Positions 56,258-64,000 of a DNA stretch of 64,000 nucleotides are shown piece by piece; position 1 is the stretch's first letter; the number at the start of each line of letters is the position of its first letter. Source of the stretch: an uncultured Gammaproteobacteria bacterium (lineage in GTDB: Bacteria; Pseudomonadota; Gammaproteobacteria; Pseudomonadales; Halieaceae); the NCBI GenBank assembly GCA_963753815.1, contig CAVWDU010000007.1, positions 109,167-173,166 of the forward strand. Direction: 5' to 3'. The notes beneath the pieces were generated by a model. That model was not told where the DNA came from and made no database searches. It saw only the letters and a program-made list of their open reading frames with translations. The position numbers and the translations under genes are program-made.

Positions 56258-57085
56258 ATGATTAAGACAACGGGATACAGCATCGTCCTCTGCCTGCTCG
56301 CCGCGACGGCGGCTCTCGGCGACATCGAGCAGCTCGAGCGCGCCGTGGACGGTGAGCACCGCACGGCCGCATGGGTGCAACGAGACCCCTACCGACACCC
56401 CGTCGAGACCCTCGGTTTTTTTGATATTGAACCCCGGCATACGGTCGTCGAAGTGTGGCCGGGTGGCGGCTGGTACACCGAGATTCTGGCACCCTACCTG
56501 CGCGACAACGGAAAACTGATCGCCGCCCACTATGACAGCGGTGATACCCAGGCAAGCTACCGGGCCCGTTCCCGGGCCAGCTTCGAGAAGAAACTCGCCG
56601 CGCAGCCGGCCGTCTATGACCGAGTCGAAATCGCATCGCTGATGATCGACGAGGCGGACAAGCGCGTGGCAATACCGGCCGCCGCACCCGGTTCGGTGGA
56701 TCGAGTAGTGACGTTCCGCAACGCGCACGGCTGGTTCGCCGGCGGCACCATCCGCCCGGTGCTCCAGCACTTTTTCGATATTCTCAAGCCGGGCGGCAAG
56801 CTGGGCGTGGTACAACACATGGCCGATGAAGACCAGGACTGGCTGTCGCGAAACATCGGCTACGTGGGCCGGGACTCCCTGATCGCGGAAGCCACTGCCG
56901 CAGGCTTCCAGCTTCAGGCGGAGGGCTTTTTCAATCGTAACCCACTGGACACCAAGCGCTACAAAGGCGGCGTGTGGCAACTGCCGCCGACACTGCAGGA
57001 CATGGAGTCGGACGCCGAGAAGGCGCCCTACCTCAAGATCGGCGAGAGCGAGAGGATGACCCTGTTGTTCGTCAAGCCGAAATAG
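56258..57085 (+). CDS. Class I SAM-dependent methyltransferase-like protein with signal peptide
   Basis: 275 aa counted from ATG 56258, which follows a GGGAGA Shine-Dalgarno. Signal peptide MIKTTGYSIVLCLLAATAALG. SAM motif I-like VVEVWPGGGWYTEIL. Confidence 0.7.
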   Translation: MIKTTGYSIVLCLLAATAALGDIEQLERAVDGEHRTAAWVQRDPYRHPVETLGFFDIEPRHTVVEVWPGGGWYTEILAPYLRDNGKLIAAHYDSGDTQASYRARSRASFEKKLAAQPAVYDRVEIASLMIDEADKRVAIPAAAPGSVDRVVTFRNAHGWFAGGTIRPVLQHFFDILKPGGKLGVVQHMADEDQDWLSRNIGYVGRDSLIAEATAAGFQLQAEGFFNRNPLDTKRYKGGVWQLPPTLQDMESDAEKAPYLKIGESERMTLLFVKPK

Positions 57086-57298
57086 TCCGTCGTTTGCCTC
57101 CGACTTTAGCCAACAGGCAGCACCCGGCCGGCCACGCACCAGGAGAGCTAGTCATTCAAATCCGTTACATTAAACAGGTGCCGACTGATAGCGCGCAGGA
57201 TTACCCTGGCCTGTCGTACCGAGCCTGCTGCACCTGGCCGGCCACACCTCGGTGAGTAAGGGGGAAAGCGACCGCGTCGACCGTCACAGGATGATGAC

Positions 57299-58666
57299 AT
57301 GATCAAGAAGCATCCCTTTGCCACTGTCAGGCCCATGGAGAGCCTCGACCTGCTTTCGCAGCGGGAGATGTTCAGCCTCGCCACAGCCGATCAGCAGGTC
57401 CACCAGCTGTTCCGGCGCTGCGCACTGGCTGTGCTCAACACCGGCGGCGACACCGACGACGCGCAACAGCTGTACCGCCAGTACCACGATTTCGAGGTGC
57501 GGGTCGTCTCCGAACCCCGGGGCTTGAAACTGGAACTGTACAACGCTCCCGCACAGGCGTTCGTCGACGGCAAGATGATACAGGGCATACGCAGCCATCT
57601 GTTCACAGCGCTGCGGGATATCGTCTTCACCCACCACAAACTGGTGGAGTCCCGGAGTTTCGACCTGGACACGGGAGCCGGCCTGACCGACACCGTGTTT
57701 CGCATCCTGCGCAACGCGGGCATTGTCAGCACCAATGTCAAACCTCGTCTCGTGGTTTGCTGGGGAGGCCACTCGATCTCCCGGGAGGAGTATGACTTCA
57801 CCAAGGAGGTAGGCTACGAGCTTGGCCTACGGGGTATGGATATCGCGACTGGCTGTGGCCCCGGGGCAATGAAAGGGCCCATGAAGGGGGCCACCATCGC
57901 CCATGCCAAGCAGTTTAATCCGGATGCGCGCTACATCGGCATTTCAGAGCCGGGTATCATCGCGGCCGAATCGCCCAATCCGCTGGTCAACCAGCTGGTT
58001 ATCCTGCCGGATATCGAGAAACGACTGGAGGCTTTCGTTCGCCTCGCACATGGCTTTGTCGTGTTCCCGGGCGGCGCTGGCACCCTGGAGGAACTGTTGT
58101 TCCTGCTGGGGATAGCCACGCATCCGGCTAACCGCGATATGCCGCTGCCCATCGTGCTCGCTGCCGGCGGCAACAGCGCCGAGTATTTTGCGCGTATCGA
58201 CCAATTCATCCGGACGACGCTCGGCGACTCCGCCAGCGATCACTACGAGATCATCATCGGAGATCCGGTCACCGTCGCGAGGCGGCTGAAGGCCGGCATT
58301 CGCAAGGTGCGCGACTACCGTATCCGCCGCCAGGAGTCGTTCGGATTCAACTGGGGCCTGGTTCTCGACGAGGCACTACAACGGCCGTTCGAGCCCGACC
58401 ACGACAACATGAGCCGACTGGCGCTGCACCCGGACCAACCCGCCAATGCACTGCTCTCCGAACTGCGCCGCGCTTTCTCCGGAATCGTCGCCGGCAACGT
58501 CAAGGAGGCCGGGATACAGGCGGTGGCGAAGCATGGGCCCTACCAACTGCAGGGTGCTCCGGAAATCATCGACAGCCTGCGTGTACTGCTCGACGACTTC
58601 GTCGAGCAGGGGCGGATGAAACTGGATACCGACAACTACACGCCGTGCTTTGAACTCGGCGGCTGA
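57299..58666 (+). CDS. ppnN: Nucleotide 5'-monophosphate nucleosidase PpnN (LOG family)
   Basis: 455 aa. LDLLSQREM...LFRRCALAVLNTGG...KLELYNAPAQAFVDGKMIQGIRSHLFTALRDIVF is colinear with E. coli PpnN/YgdH as I recall it. It has a PGGAGTLEEL LOG motif. Confidence 0.85.
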   Translation: MIKKHPFATVRPMESLDLLSQREMFSLATADQQVHQLFRRCALAVLNTGGDTDDAQQLYRQYHDFEVRVVSEPRGLKLELYNAPAQAFVDGKMIQGIRSHLFTALRDIVFTHHKLVESRSFDLDTGAGLTDTVFRILRNAGIVSTNVKPRLVVCWGGHSISREEYDFTKEVGYELGLRGMDIATGCGPGAMKGPMKGATIAHAKQFNPDARYIGISEPGIIAAESPNPLVNQLVILPDIEKRLEAFVRLAHGFVVFPGGAGTLEELLFLLGIATHPANRDMPLPIVLAAGGNSAEYFARIDQFIRTTLGDSASDHYEIIIGDPVTVARRLKAGIRKVRDYRIRRQESFGFNWGLVLDEALQRPFEPDHDNMSRLALHPDQPANALLSELRRAFSGIVAGNVKEAGIQAVAKHGPYQLQGAPEIIDSLRVLLDDFVEQGRMKLDTDNYTPCFELGG

Positions 58667-58912
58667 GACCCCGACGGCCACAGCCCTACCAACAATCCTC
58701 CGTTAAATCAGCAGGGTAGCGCCGGTTTCCAAAGCTGGCCTGAAGAAATGAGAAGCCGGTGTCTGGCAGCGAGCAGGCGCCGGCTGCCTGCAGCGAGCGT
58801 TCCGGGCGATACGAAGTTCACATTTCGCGGGTTTTTTGCAGATTTGCAATCCCGGTTGGGCTATCGTCCAAACGGAATGCAGGACTAGACACCGACGGAG
58901 CCGGCACCACGC

Positions 58913-60163
58913 ATGCTGCATACGCTCAGAATCTACACCGCCGATCTGGAGAAAGGCATGTTTGTCAGCGGGCTGGACCGCCCCTGGCTGGATACCCCGT
59001 TTGTCGTACAGGGCTTTCGCATCGAGACGCTGGACGAGATTGATCGGCTGAGGGAGCTCTGTGAATACGTCTACGTCGACTGCCAAAAGAGCCACCAGGC
59101 GGCCAGCGTTTTACAGCGCAAGGTCAGGGTCGAACGACCCCGCGAACCGCTGGAACGGGTATTCAAAGGACGTACGCTGAAGCCCTACGACGACGGCACG
59201 CCGCTGCAGGACGAATTCCCGAAGGCCCAGGTCGCACTCAACACCCTGGTCGAGGACATCTCCGAAATTTTCGATCATGTCAGTGACAATGGCACTCTCA
59301 ACCTGCTGCGACTGAAAAAGTCCGTCGACCCGATACTGGACAGTATCAGCCGCAATCCGGACGCCTGCCTGTGGCTCACCCGATTGAAGCAGCACGATGA
59401 ATACACTTACCAGCACTCCCTCAGCGTGTCCATCTGGGCCGTCGCCCTGGGCCGACAGATCGGTTTGCATCGCCGCGACCTGCGGTCGCTCGCCGTGGGC
59501 GGGCTGCTGATGGATGTGGGCAAACTTTGGGTCCGCCCGGAACTGTTGCGAGCAGAACGCGAGCTGACCAACGAGGAACTGCGCGAGGTGCGAGCACACG
59601 TCGGCTATGGCATCAAGTTCGCACGGGACAATCGCGTCATGAACCAGGACGTGCTGGACATGGTTGCCCACCACCATGAACGCTACGACGGGAGCGGCTA
59701 CCCACAGGGACTTTCCGGCAAGGCGATACCGGCGGTGGCGCAGATTGCCGGCATCGTGGATACCTATGATGCACTGACCAGTGAACGCGGCTACGCCAAG
59801 GCCATCTCTCCGTCGGGCGCAATCAAGCTGTTGTACGAGGCGCGCGATGTTGGCCACCAGGCGGAGTTGGTCGAGGCCTTCATTCAGGCGGTGGGAATCT
59901 ACCCCGCGGGCACGCTGGTAGAGCTGTCGTCCGGCGAAATCGGCGTGGTAGTCGCCGAATCCAGGACCCGCCGCCTGCGCCCGACAATCATGATCCTGCT
60001 CGACGCGCAGCGGCGCAAACTGACCTCGCCACGCAACGTCGACCTGATGGCCCATGCCGACACCCATGGTGCCGACTCGCTGACGATCGTCAAGAGCCTG
60101 GAGCCCGGCGCCTTCGGCATCAATTTTTCCCAGGCGGAAATTCGCAACGCTTCGTTGGACTAG
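58913..60163 (+). CDS. HD-GYP domain phosphodiesterase with DUF3391-type N-terminal domain
   Basis: 416 aa. It has the motifs HSLSVSIWAVALG, GGLLMDVGK and HHHERYDGSGYPQGL. Confidence 0.88.
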   Translation: MLHTLRIYTADLEKGMFVSGLDRPWLDTPFVVQGFRIETLDEIDRLRELCEYVYVDCQKSHQAASVLQRKVRVERPREPLERVFKGRTLKPYDDGTPLQDEFPKAQVALNTLVEDISEIFDHVSDNGTLNLLRLKKSVDPILDSISRNPDACLWLTRLKQHDEYTYQHSLSVSIWAVALGRQIGLHRRDLRSLAVGGLLMDVGKLWVRPELLRAERELTNEELREVRAHVGYGIKFARDNRVMNQDVLDMVAHHHERYDGSGYPQGLSGKAIPAVAQIAGIVDTYDALTSERGYAKAISPSGAIKLLYEARDVGHQAELVEAFIQAVGIYPAGTLVELSSGEIGVVVAESRTRRLRPTIMILLDAQRRKLTSPRNVDLMAHADTHGADSLTIVKSLEPGAFGINFSQAEIRNASLD

Positions 60164-60192
60164 ACAGCCGCCCTATCTCACCGATTCGGCGG

Positions 60193-60891
60193 CTATTCCA
60201 GCGCACGCTGCACCACGGCTTCCGCCAGCAGCTCGGCCGCATCGAGCACCGGGAGTCCGGTGGCGATATCACCGCCGAGGGCAGAGAGTTCGGTACATGC
60301 GACCAGCAGGAGGTCCGCACCCCGGACCTCCAGCTCCCGCACCGCTCGCTCCAGGAGACCTGAAGCATCCTGCCCCACGGAGCCCGCTTTCACTGCCCGG
60401 ATCACTCCCATCACCCCCGCCTGCGCGTCACTGGCGGGAAACAGGACCTCTATGCCCCTCCGGCGCAGCGCCGGGCCGTAGAGGTCGACAACCTGAACGG
60501 CGGTGGAGGCCAGCAAGCCGAGACGGCTGGCGCCCGGGTAGCGCCGTGTCATCGTGTCGCCAACGACCTCGACCATGTTGATAAAGGGAACGTCAACCGC
60601 ACTCGCCACGGCATCATGGTAGTGGTGAGCGGTGTTACAGGGCATGACAAGCAATTCGGCACCGGCGTCCACCAGCCCCTTAGCCATCGCCACCAGGCAC
60701 GGTTCGGGGCTTTGGCCATCACCGTCGACCAGTGCCGCCATGCGCGAAGGTACCTGAGGATTGTTATCCACCAGCACCCGCAGGTGATCGGCATCGTCCG
60801 CCGCCGGCGTCAGCCGGATGATGCGTTGCTGCAGATCAACAGTGGCGGCGGGGCCCATACCGCCAATGATACCGACCACACGCTTGCCCAT
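60193..60891 (-). CDS. Aspartate/glutamate racemase family protein
   Basis: 232 aa counted from ATG 60891. It has the IIGGMGPAAT motif and two catalytic Cys motifs, MPCNTAH and VACTELS. Confidence 0.85.
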   Translation of the reverse strand: MGKRVVGIIGGMGPAATVDLQQRIIRLTPAADDADHLRVLVDNNPQVPSRMAALVDGDGQSPEPCLVAMAKGLVDAGAELLVMPCNTAHHYHDAVASAVDVPFINMVEVVGDTMTRRYPGASRLGLLASTAVQVVDLYGPALRRRGIEVLFPASDAQAGVMGVIRAVKAGSVGQDASGLLERAVRELEVRGADLLLVACTELSALGGDIATGLPVLDAAELLAEAVVQRALE

Positions 60892-60954
60892 TTTCAAGGG
60901 CAAAACCCTCCGCTGCCCGGGTGAGGCGGCGGGCAGCGGCCGGAGCGGCATCGG

Positions 60955-61971
60955 TCATGGCTGATCATAACGCGCGTAGCCGAAGCATTCGCGGTAACCG
61001 AACAGGGCCTGAGAACCACCGGTGTGCACGAAGAGCACATTCTGATCCCTGCCGTAACGTCCGCTGCGCACAAGATCGATGAGGCCTGCCATGCCCTTCC
61101 CACTGTAGACCGGGTCGAGCAATATACCGTCGACCCGGGCGACCAGTTGCACCGCCTCCCGCATGGCATCGGTAGGCATCCCGTAGCCTTCACCCACGTA
61201 GTCGCAGTTTGCCACCACGTCGCTAACACCGACCGCGCCGCCGATCCCGAGCAGTTCGGCCGTGGCGCTGGCGAGCTTGTGCACCGATGCCTGCTGCGCA
61301 TCCCGCGGGGCGCGCACGCCGATACCGAGCACCGGAATGCCGCTGCGCGAGCCCGTAAAGCCGGTAACCAGCCCCGCCTGGGTGCCGGCGCTGCCAGTGG
61401 CATGGATCACTTCGTCGATCCGCAAGCCCTGGTCATTGCTTTGCGTCAGGATCTCGAGTGCGGCATTGACATAGCCCAGTGCGCCGACCGGGTTCGATCC
61501 CCCTCCCGGTATGATGTAGGGATGGCGACCCGCTGCTGCCAGCTCGGCCGCGCAGTTCTCCATTGCCGCCTGCATGTCCGTGCCGGCGGGCACCTTCTTT
61601 AGTACGGCGCCGAACAACTGGTTGAGCAGAACGTTGCCGTTGTAGTTGTACTCTACATCGCCGTAGCCGGTCCGATCCTCGAGCAGTATATGCACGTCCA
61701 GGCCGAGGCGGACCGCCGCTGCAGCCGTCTGCCGGACATGATTGGACTGGGTGGCGCCCTGGGTGACGACGCAATCAGCACCGCGCTCAAGCGCATCGGC
61801 AAGCAGGAACTCCAGTTTTCGCGTCTTGTTACCACCGCCGGCAAGCCCCGTGCAATCGTCGCGCTTTATCCAGATTTGGGGGCCACCCAGGGTTTTGGTG
61901 AGACCGGGCAGCGGTTCAAGCGGTGTCGGCAGGTGCGCGAGTTGCAGCCGCGGAAAGCGGGAGAGATGCAT
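60955..61971 (-). CDS. dcyD: D-cysteine desulfhydrase / ACC deaminase family PLP enzyme
   Basis: 338 aa. [51 protein letters not shown] contains the PLP-binding Lys motif of this family. Confidence 0.8.
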   Translation of the reverse strand: MHLSRFPRLQLAHLPTPLEPLPGLTKTLGGPQIWIKRDDCTGLAGGGNKTRKLEFLLADALERGADCVVTQGATQSNHVRQTAAAAVRLGLDVHILLEDRTGYGDVEYNYNGNVLLNQLFGAVLKKVPAGTDMQAAMENCAAELAAAGRHPYIIPGGGSNPVGALGYVNAALEILTQSNDQGLRIDEVIHATGSAGTQAGLVTGFTGSRSGIPVLGIGVRAPRDAQQASVHKLASATAELLGIGGAVGVSDVVANCDYVGEGYGMPTDAMREAVQLVARVDGILLDPVYSGKGMAGLIDLVRSGRYGRDQNVLFVHTGGSQALFGYRECFGYARYDQP

Positions 61972-62175
61972 GTGATAGTCCGTTTGTGTCGGTTAAGGTC
62001 AGGGGGCGATCACCCGGCCGGCGCTGGCGTTTCAGCGCCGCGGCCAGTGATCGCGCCACATCGATTGAGGCCGGCAAACGCCGCTCGTCACACAACCGCT
62101 CCGCCCCTGCCCCCGCCCGAGTATAACCCAGCCCCCGATCGCAGTTGAGTTCGGCCCGCGATGCAGGCGTCGGTA

Positions 62176-63384
62176 TCAGAAAATTACCGAACCGACCCTG
62201 AAAATCAGCGTGCCGAGAAACGTGCCGAGCGCATAGCCCAGCACGCCAACCAGTACACCGGGCGTAACCAGGTCGCGCCATCCCTTGGCCGCGGCGAGGG
62301 CCGGGGCCGTGGTGGCGCCGAGCACCGCGGCGTTGGAAGCGATAATCAGCTCCGGCAGGCTGAGCTTCAGCATACATCCCAGTGCAAACACCACCAGCGC
62401 GTGAACCGACAGCAGGGTCAGCACCAGCACCATCAGCAGTGGCGCAACGTCCACCATGGCTTTGAGGTTCGCGCCGGCGGCGATCGCGGCAAAAAACACG
62501 AATGAGAGCGCCACGCCCAGCTCGAAACTGCCCGCCAGGCGCCGCGCGAGCCCGGGAGCACCGGTAGCAAGCAGCAGCGCCAGGCAGGTGATGATGACAT
62601 AGCGCCAGCCCGGGGCGGCGAAAGCGGCCACCAACGCGTCTCCGCTCGCCACGATGACGAGTGACACGGCCAGGGACAGGCACAGCGACATGGCCGTGAT
62701 CGGCGGCTCCGCGCGCTCAGCTGCGGTGTTCGCTGCGACGTGCGGGACGAAACGCCGCGCCGCCCAGGCCCAGCCAGGCAACAGAGCCAGCAGCGCCAGG
62801 TACACCGCACTGAACAGGTTGTCGGCGGCCGTCGCCGCGGAAAAAAATGAAGCATCCTTGTTGAGCCCGGTCAGTTCGCCCAACGCGGCGTAGTTGACCG
62901 AGCCCCCGACATAGGTTGAGGTAAACAAGCCAGCCACGGCCGCCTCTCGCGAGCCGTCCTCGATGGGCGCCGCACCACCCAGGCTGCCGAGGTCGAACAG
63001 CAGGACGGCCACGGTCACACCGGCCACCGTGCCCGCACTGGCGAGGAAGAATGCCCCCGTCATGCGCGTCGTTTCGAAGAGCATTCGCCGGAGATCCGCC
63101 CGGAACAGAAACAGAGGAATGAGGACGGGCACGAAATAGGTAAAAACAAAATCGTAAGCCACGGCCTGATGCGGTATGAAGCCGAGGTTAGCCGCCGCTA
63201 TGGTGCCCAGGATGGCCATCACCGTCCCGGTCAGCTGCGCGCCTATGCGCGTTTTCTCCAGCAGGAAAGCGGCACCGGCAATTGCAAATAGCGCGGCCAT
63301 CACCGCGAGATGATTATCGGCGTCAATCAGCGACACGGGGCGTCCTGGCAGGTGCCACAACTTCGTTGACCGCGCTGCGGCCAC
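62176..63384 (-). CDS. DUF819 family integral membrane protein
   Basis: ~386-402 aa and polytopic. SLIDADNHLAVMAALFAIAGAAFLLEKT resembles the DUF819 N-terminus. Start ambiguous: GTG 63384 or GTG 63336. Confidence 0.65.
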   Translation of the reverse strand: MAAARSTKLWHLPGRPVSLIDADNHLAVMAALFAIAGAAFLLEKTRIGAQLTGTVMAILGTIAAANLGFIPHQAVAYDFVFTYFVPVLIPLFLFRADLRRMLFETTRMTGAFFLASAGTVAGVTVAVLLFDLGSLGGAAPIEDGSREAAVAGLFTSTYVGGSVNYAALGELTGLNKDASFFSAATAADNLFSAVYLALLALLPGWAWAARRFVPHVAANTAAERAEPPITAMSLCLSLAVSLVIVASGDALVAAFAAPGWRYVIITCLALLLATGAPGLARRLAGSFELGVALSFVFFAAIAAGANLKAMVDVAPLLMVLVLTLLSVHALVVFALGCMLKLSLPELIIASNAAVLGATTAPALAAAKGWRDLVTPGVLVGVLGYALGTFLGTLIFRVGSVIF

Positions 63385-63469
63385 GCGGTCGCGGGTTTAC
63401 GCCACGCCAAGCAGCACGCGCAGTGGCAGGCCCCGACGGCCAGGCCGGGTAAGGTGTGCGCAAAGCGGC

Positions 63470-63838
63470 CTAACCCATGAAGAACACATTCAGTTTGTTG
63501 CCATCGAGGTCCCGGAAATAGCCTGCGTAGAAACCCTCGCCGCGGGGACCCGGGGGGCCCTCATCAGTCGCGCCAAGTGCCATCGCCTTCGCATATACCC
63601 TGTCGACCTGCTCGGTACTCTCTGCCGAAATGGCGGCCATGACACCATTGCCCACGGTTGCCGCCGCGCCATTATGCGGCCGGATTACGCACAACGCACC
63701 GCCCTCTCCGGGAGAGGCCCAGGCCACAAAACCGTCTTCCTCCATCATCCTGCTGCCACCAAGCTCCGCCAGCAGGTCGTCGTAGAAACTGCAAGCCTTC
63801 GCCAGGTCGTTGGTGCCCAGTGTCGTGTAGCCGATCAT
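63470..63838 (-). CDS. VOC (glyoxalase/bleomycin-resistance) family protein
   Basis: 122 aa. ATG 63838 lies 7 nt after AGGAG. MIGYTTLGTNDLAKACSFYDDLL...YFRDLDGNKLNVF is typical of the VOC fold. Confidence 0.85.
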   Translation of the reverse strand: MIGYTTLGTNDLAKACSFYDDLLAELGGSRMMEEDGFVAWASPGEGGALCVIRPHNGAAATVGNGVMAAISAESTEQVDRVYAKAMALGATDEGPPGPRGEGFYAGYFRDLDGNKLNVFFMG

Positions 63839-64000
63839 GGGATTGCTCCTCGCCGGAATGGTGGCCTCAGGATAGCCCAGCGGAACCGTCGCCGCCAGGC
63901 GTATAGGGCTCGCTGCAGACAGCTGCCGGATGATTGATCCTGGCGTGCTATCCGACCAAGCCCGGATGACAGCCCGGAGCGCCTTGCCCCATAGTGACGA

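Noticed and set aside
60166-60194. Hairpin AGCCGCC-N15-GGCGGCT between the convergent HD-GYP and racemase genes, as a possible bidirectional terminator
   Set aside because: The loop is large (15 nt), there is no U-tract on either strand, and the 3' arm overlaps the racemase stop codon. The evidence is too weak.
1-64000. tRNA, rRNA, transposase, integrase, phage or CRISPR-cas genes
   Set aside because: I scanned both strands by eye for T-loop-like GGTTCGAATCC motifs, rRNA-like stretches and recombinase or transposase-like ORFs and found none. A tRNAscan/Infernal run would be needed to be certain about small RNAs.
63839-64000. Possible gene start (ATG 63930, MIDPGVLSDQARMTARS...) at the right edge. 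The minus-strand frame upstream of the VOC gene is also open to the window end.
   Set aside because: Too little sequence is available to recognise a family. The VOC ATG at 63838 has a good AGGAG Shine-Dalgarno, and no ATG, GTG or TTG lies upstream in its frame.

Overview
GC-rich, strongly GC3-biased bacterial chromosomal DNA, probably from a proteobacterium. It is densely packed with about 50 protein-coding genes. I found no rRNA, tRNA, CRISPR array, transposase, integrase or phage gene. From left to right the window holds: (1) a LacI-controlled glycan-utilisation locus (two GH3 genes, a GPH symporter, GH43, a sugar porter and glk); (2) a NodT/HlyD/DUF2955-type efflux operon; (3) AcnX subunits, pirin, an indolepyruvate:ferredoxin oxidoreductase-family gene and kynureninase; (4) fasciclin, bactofilin, DUF885, MFS, TPR-sulfotransferase and MDR dehydrogenase genes; (5) an AddB-like/AddA-like helicase-nuclease pair; (6) a GNAT-gltS-TAXI gene string; (7) a complete cyanophycin locus (cyanophycinase, cphA, a truncated cphA paralog and an IadA-like dipeptidase) followed by a dynamin-like GTPase; (8) ppnN, an HD-GYP gene, a racemase, dcyD, DUF819 and VOC genes. 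The observations most worth following up are: a tandem two-domain cyanophycinase whose second domain has lost its catalytic Ser and His; a CphA paralog that lacks the ATP-grasp domain; an IadA-like enzyme with altered metal ligands; a GltS symporter translationally coupled to a TAXI lipoprotein with no TRAP permease in the window; an Fe-S-less AddAB-like pair followed by a 51-codon basic ORF; and six frame-disrupting indels, all confined to four loci between 4 and 20 kb. I did not find an unmistakably novel system, so the functional proposals are inference. Start codons were chosen by eye and are approximate.
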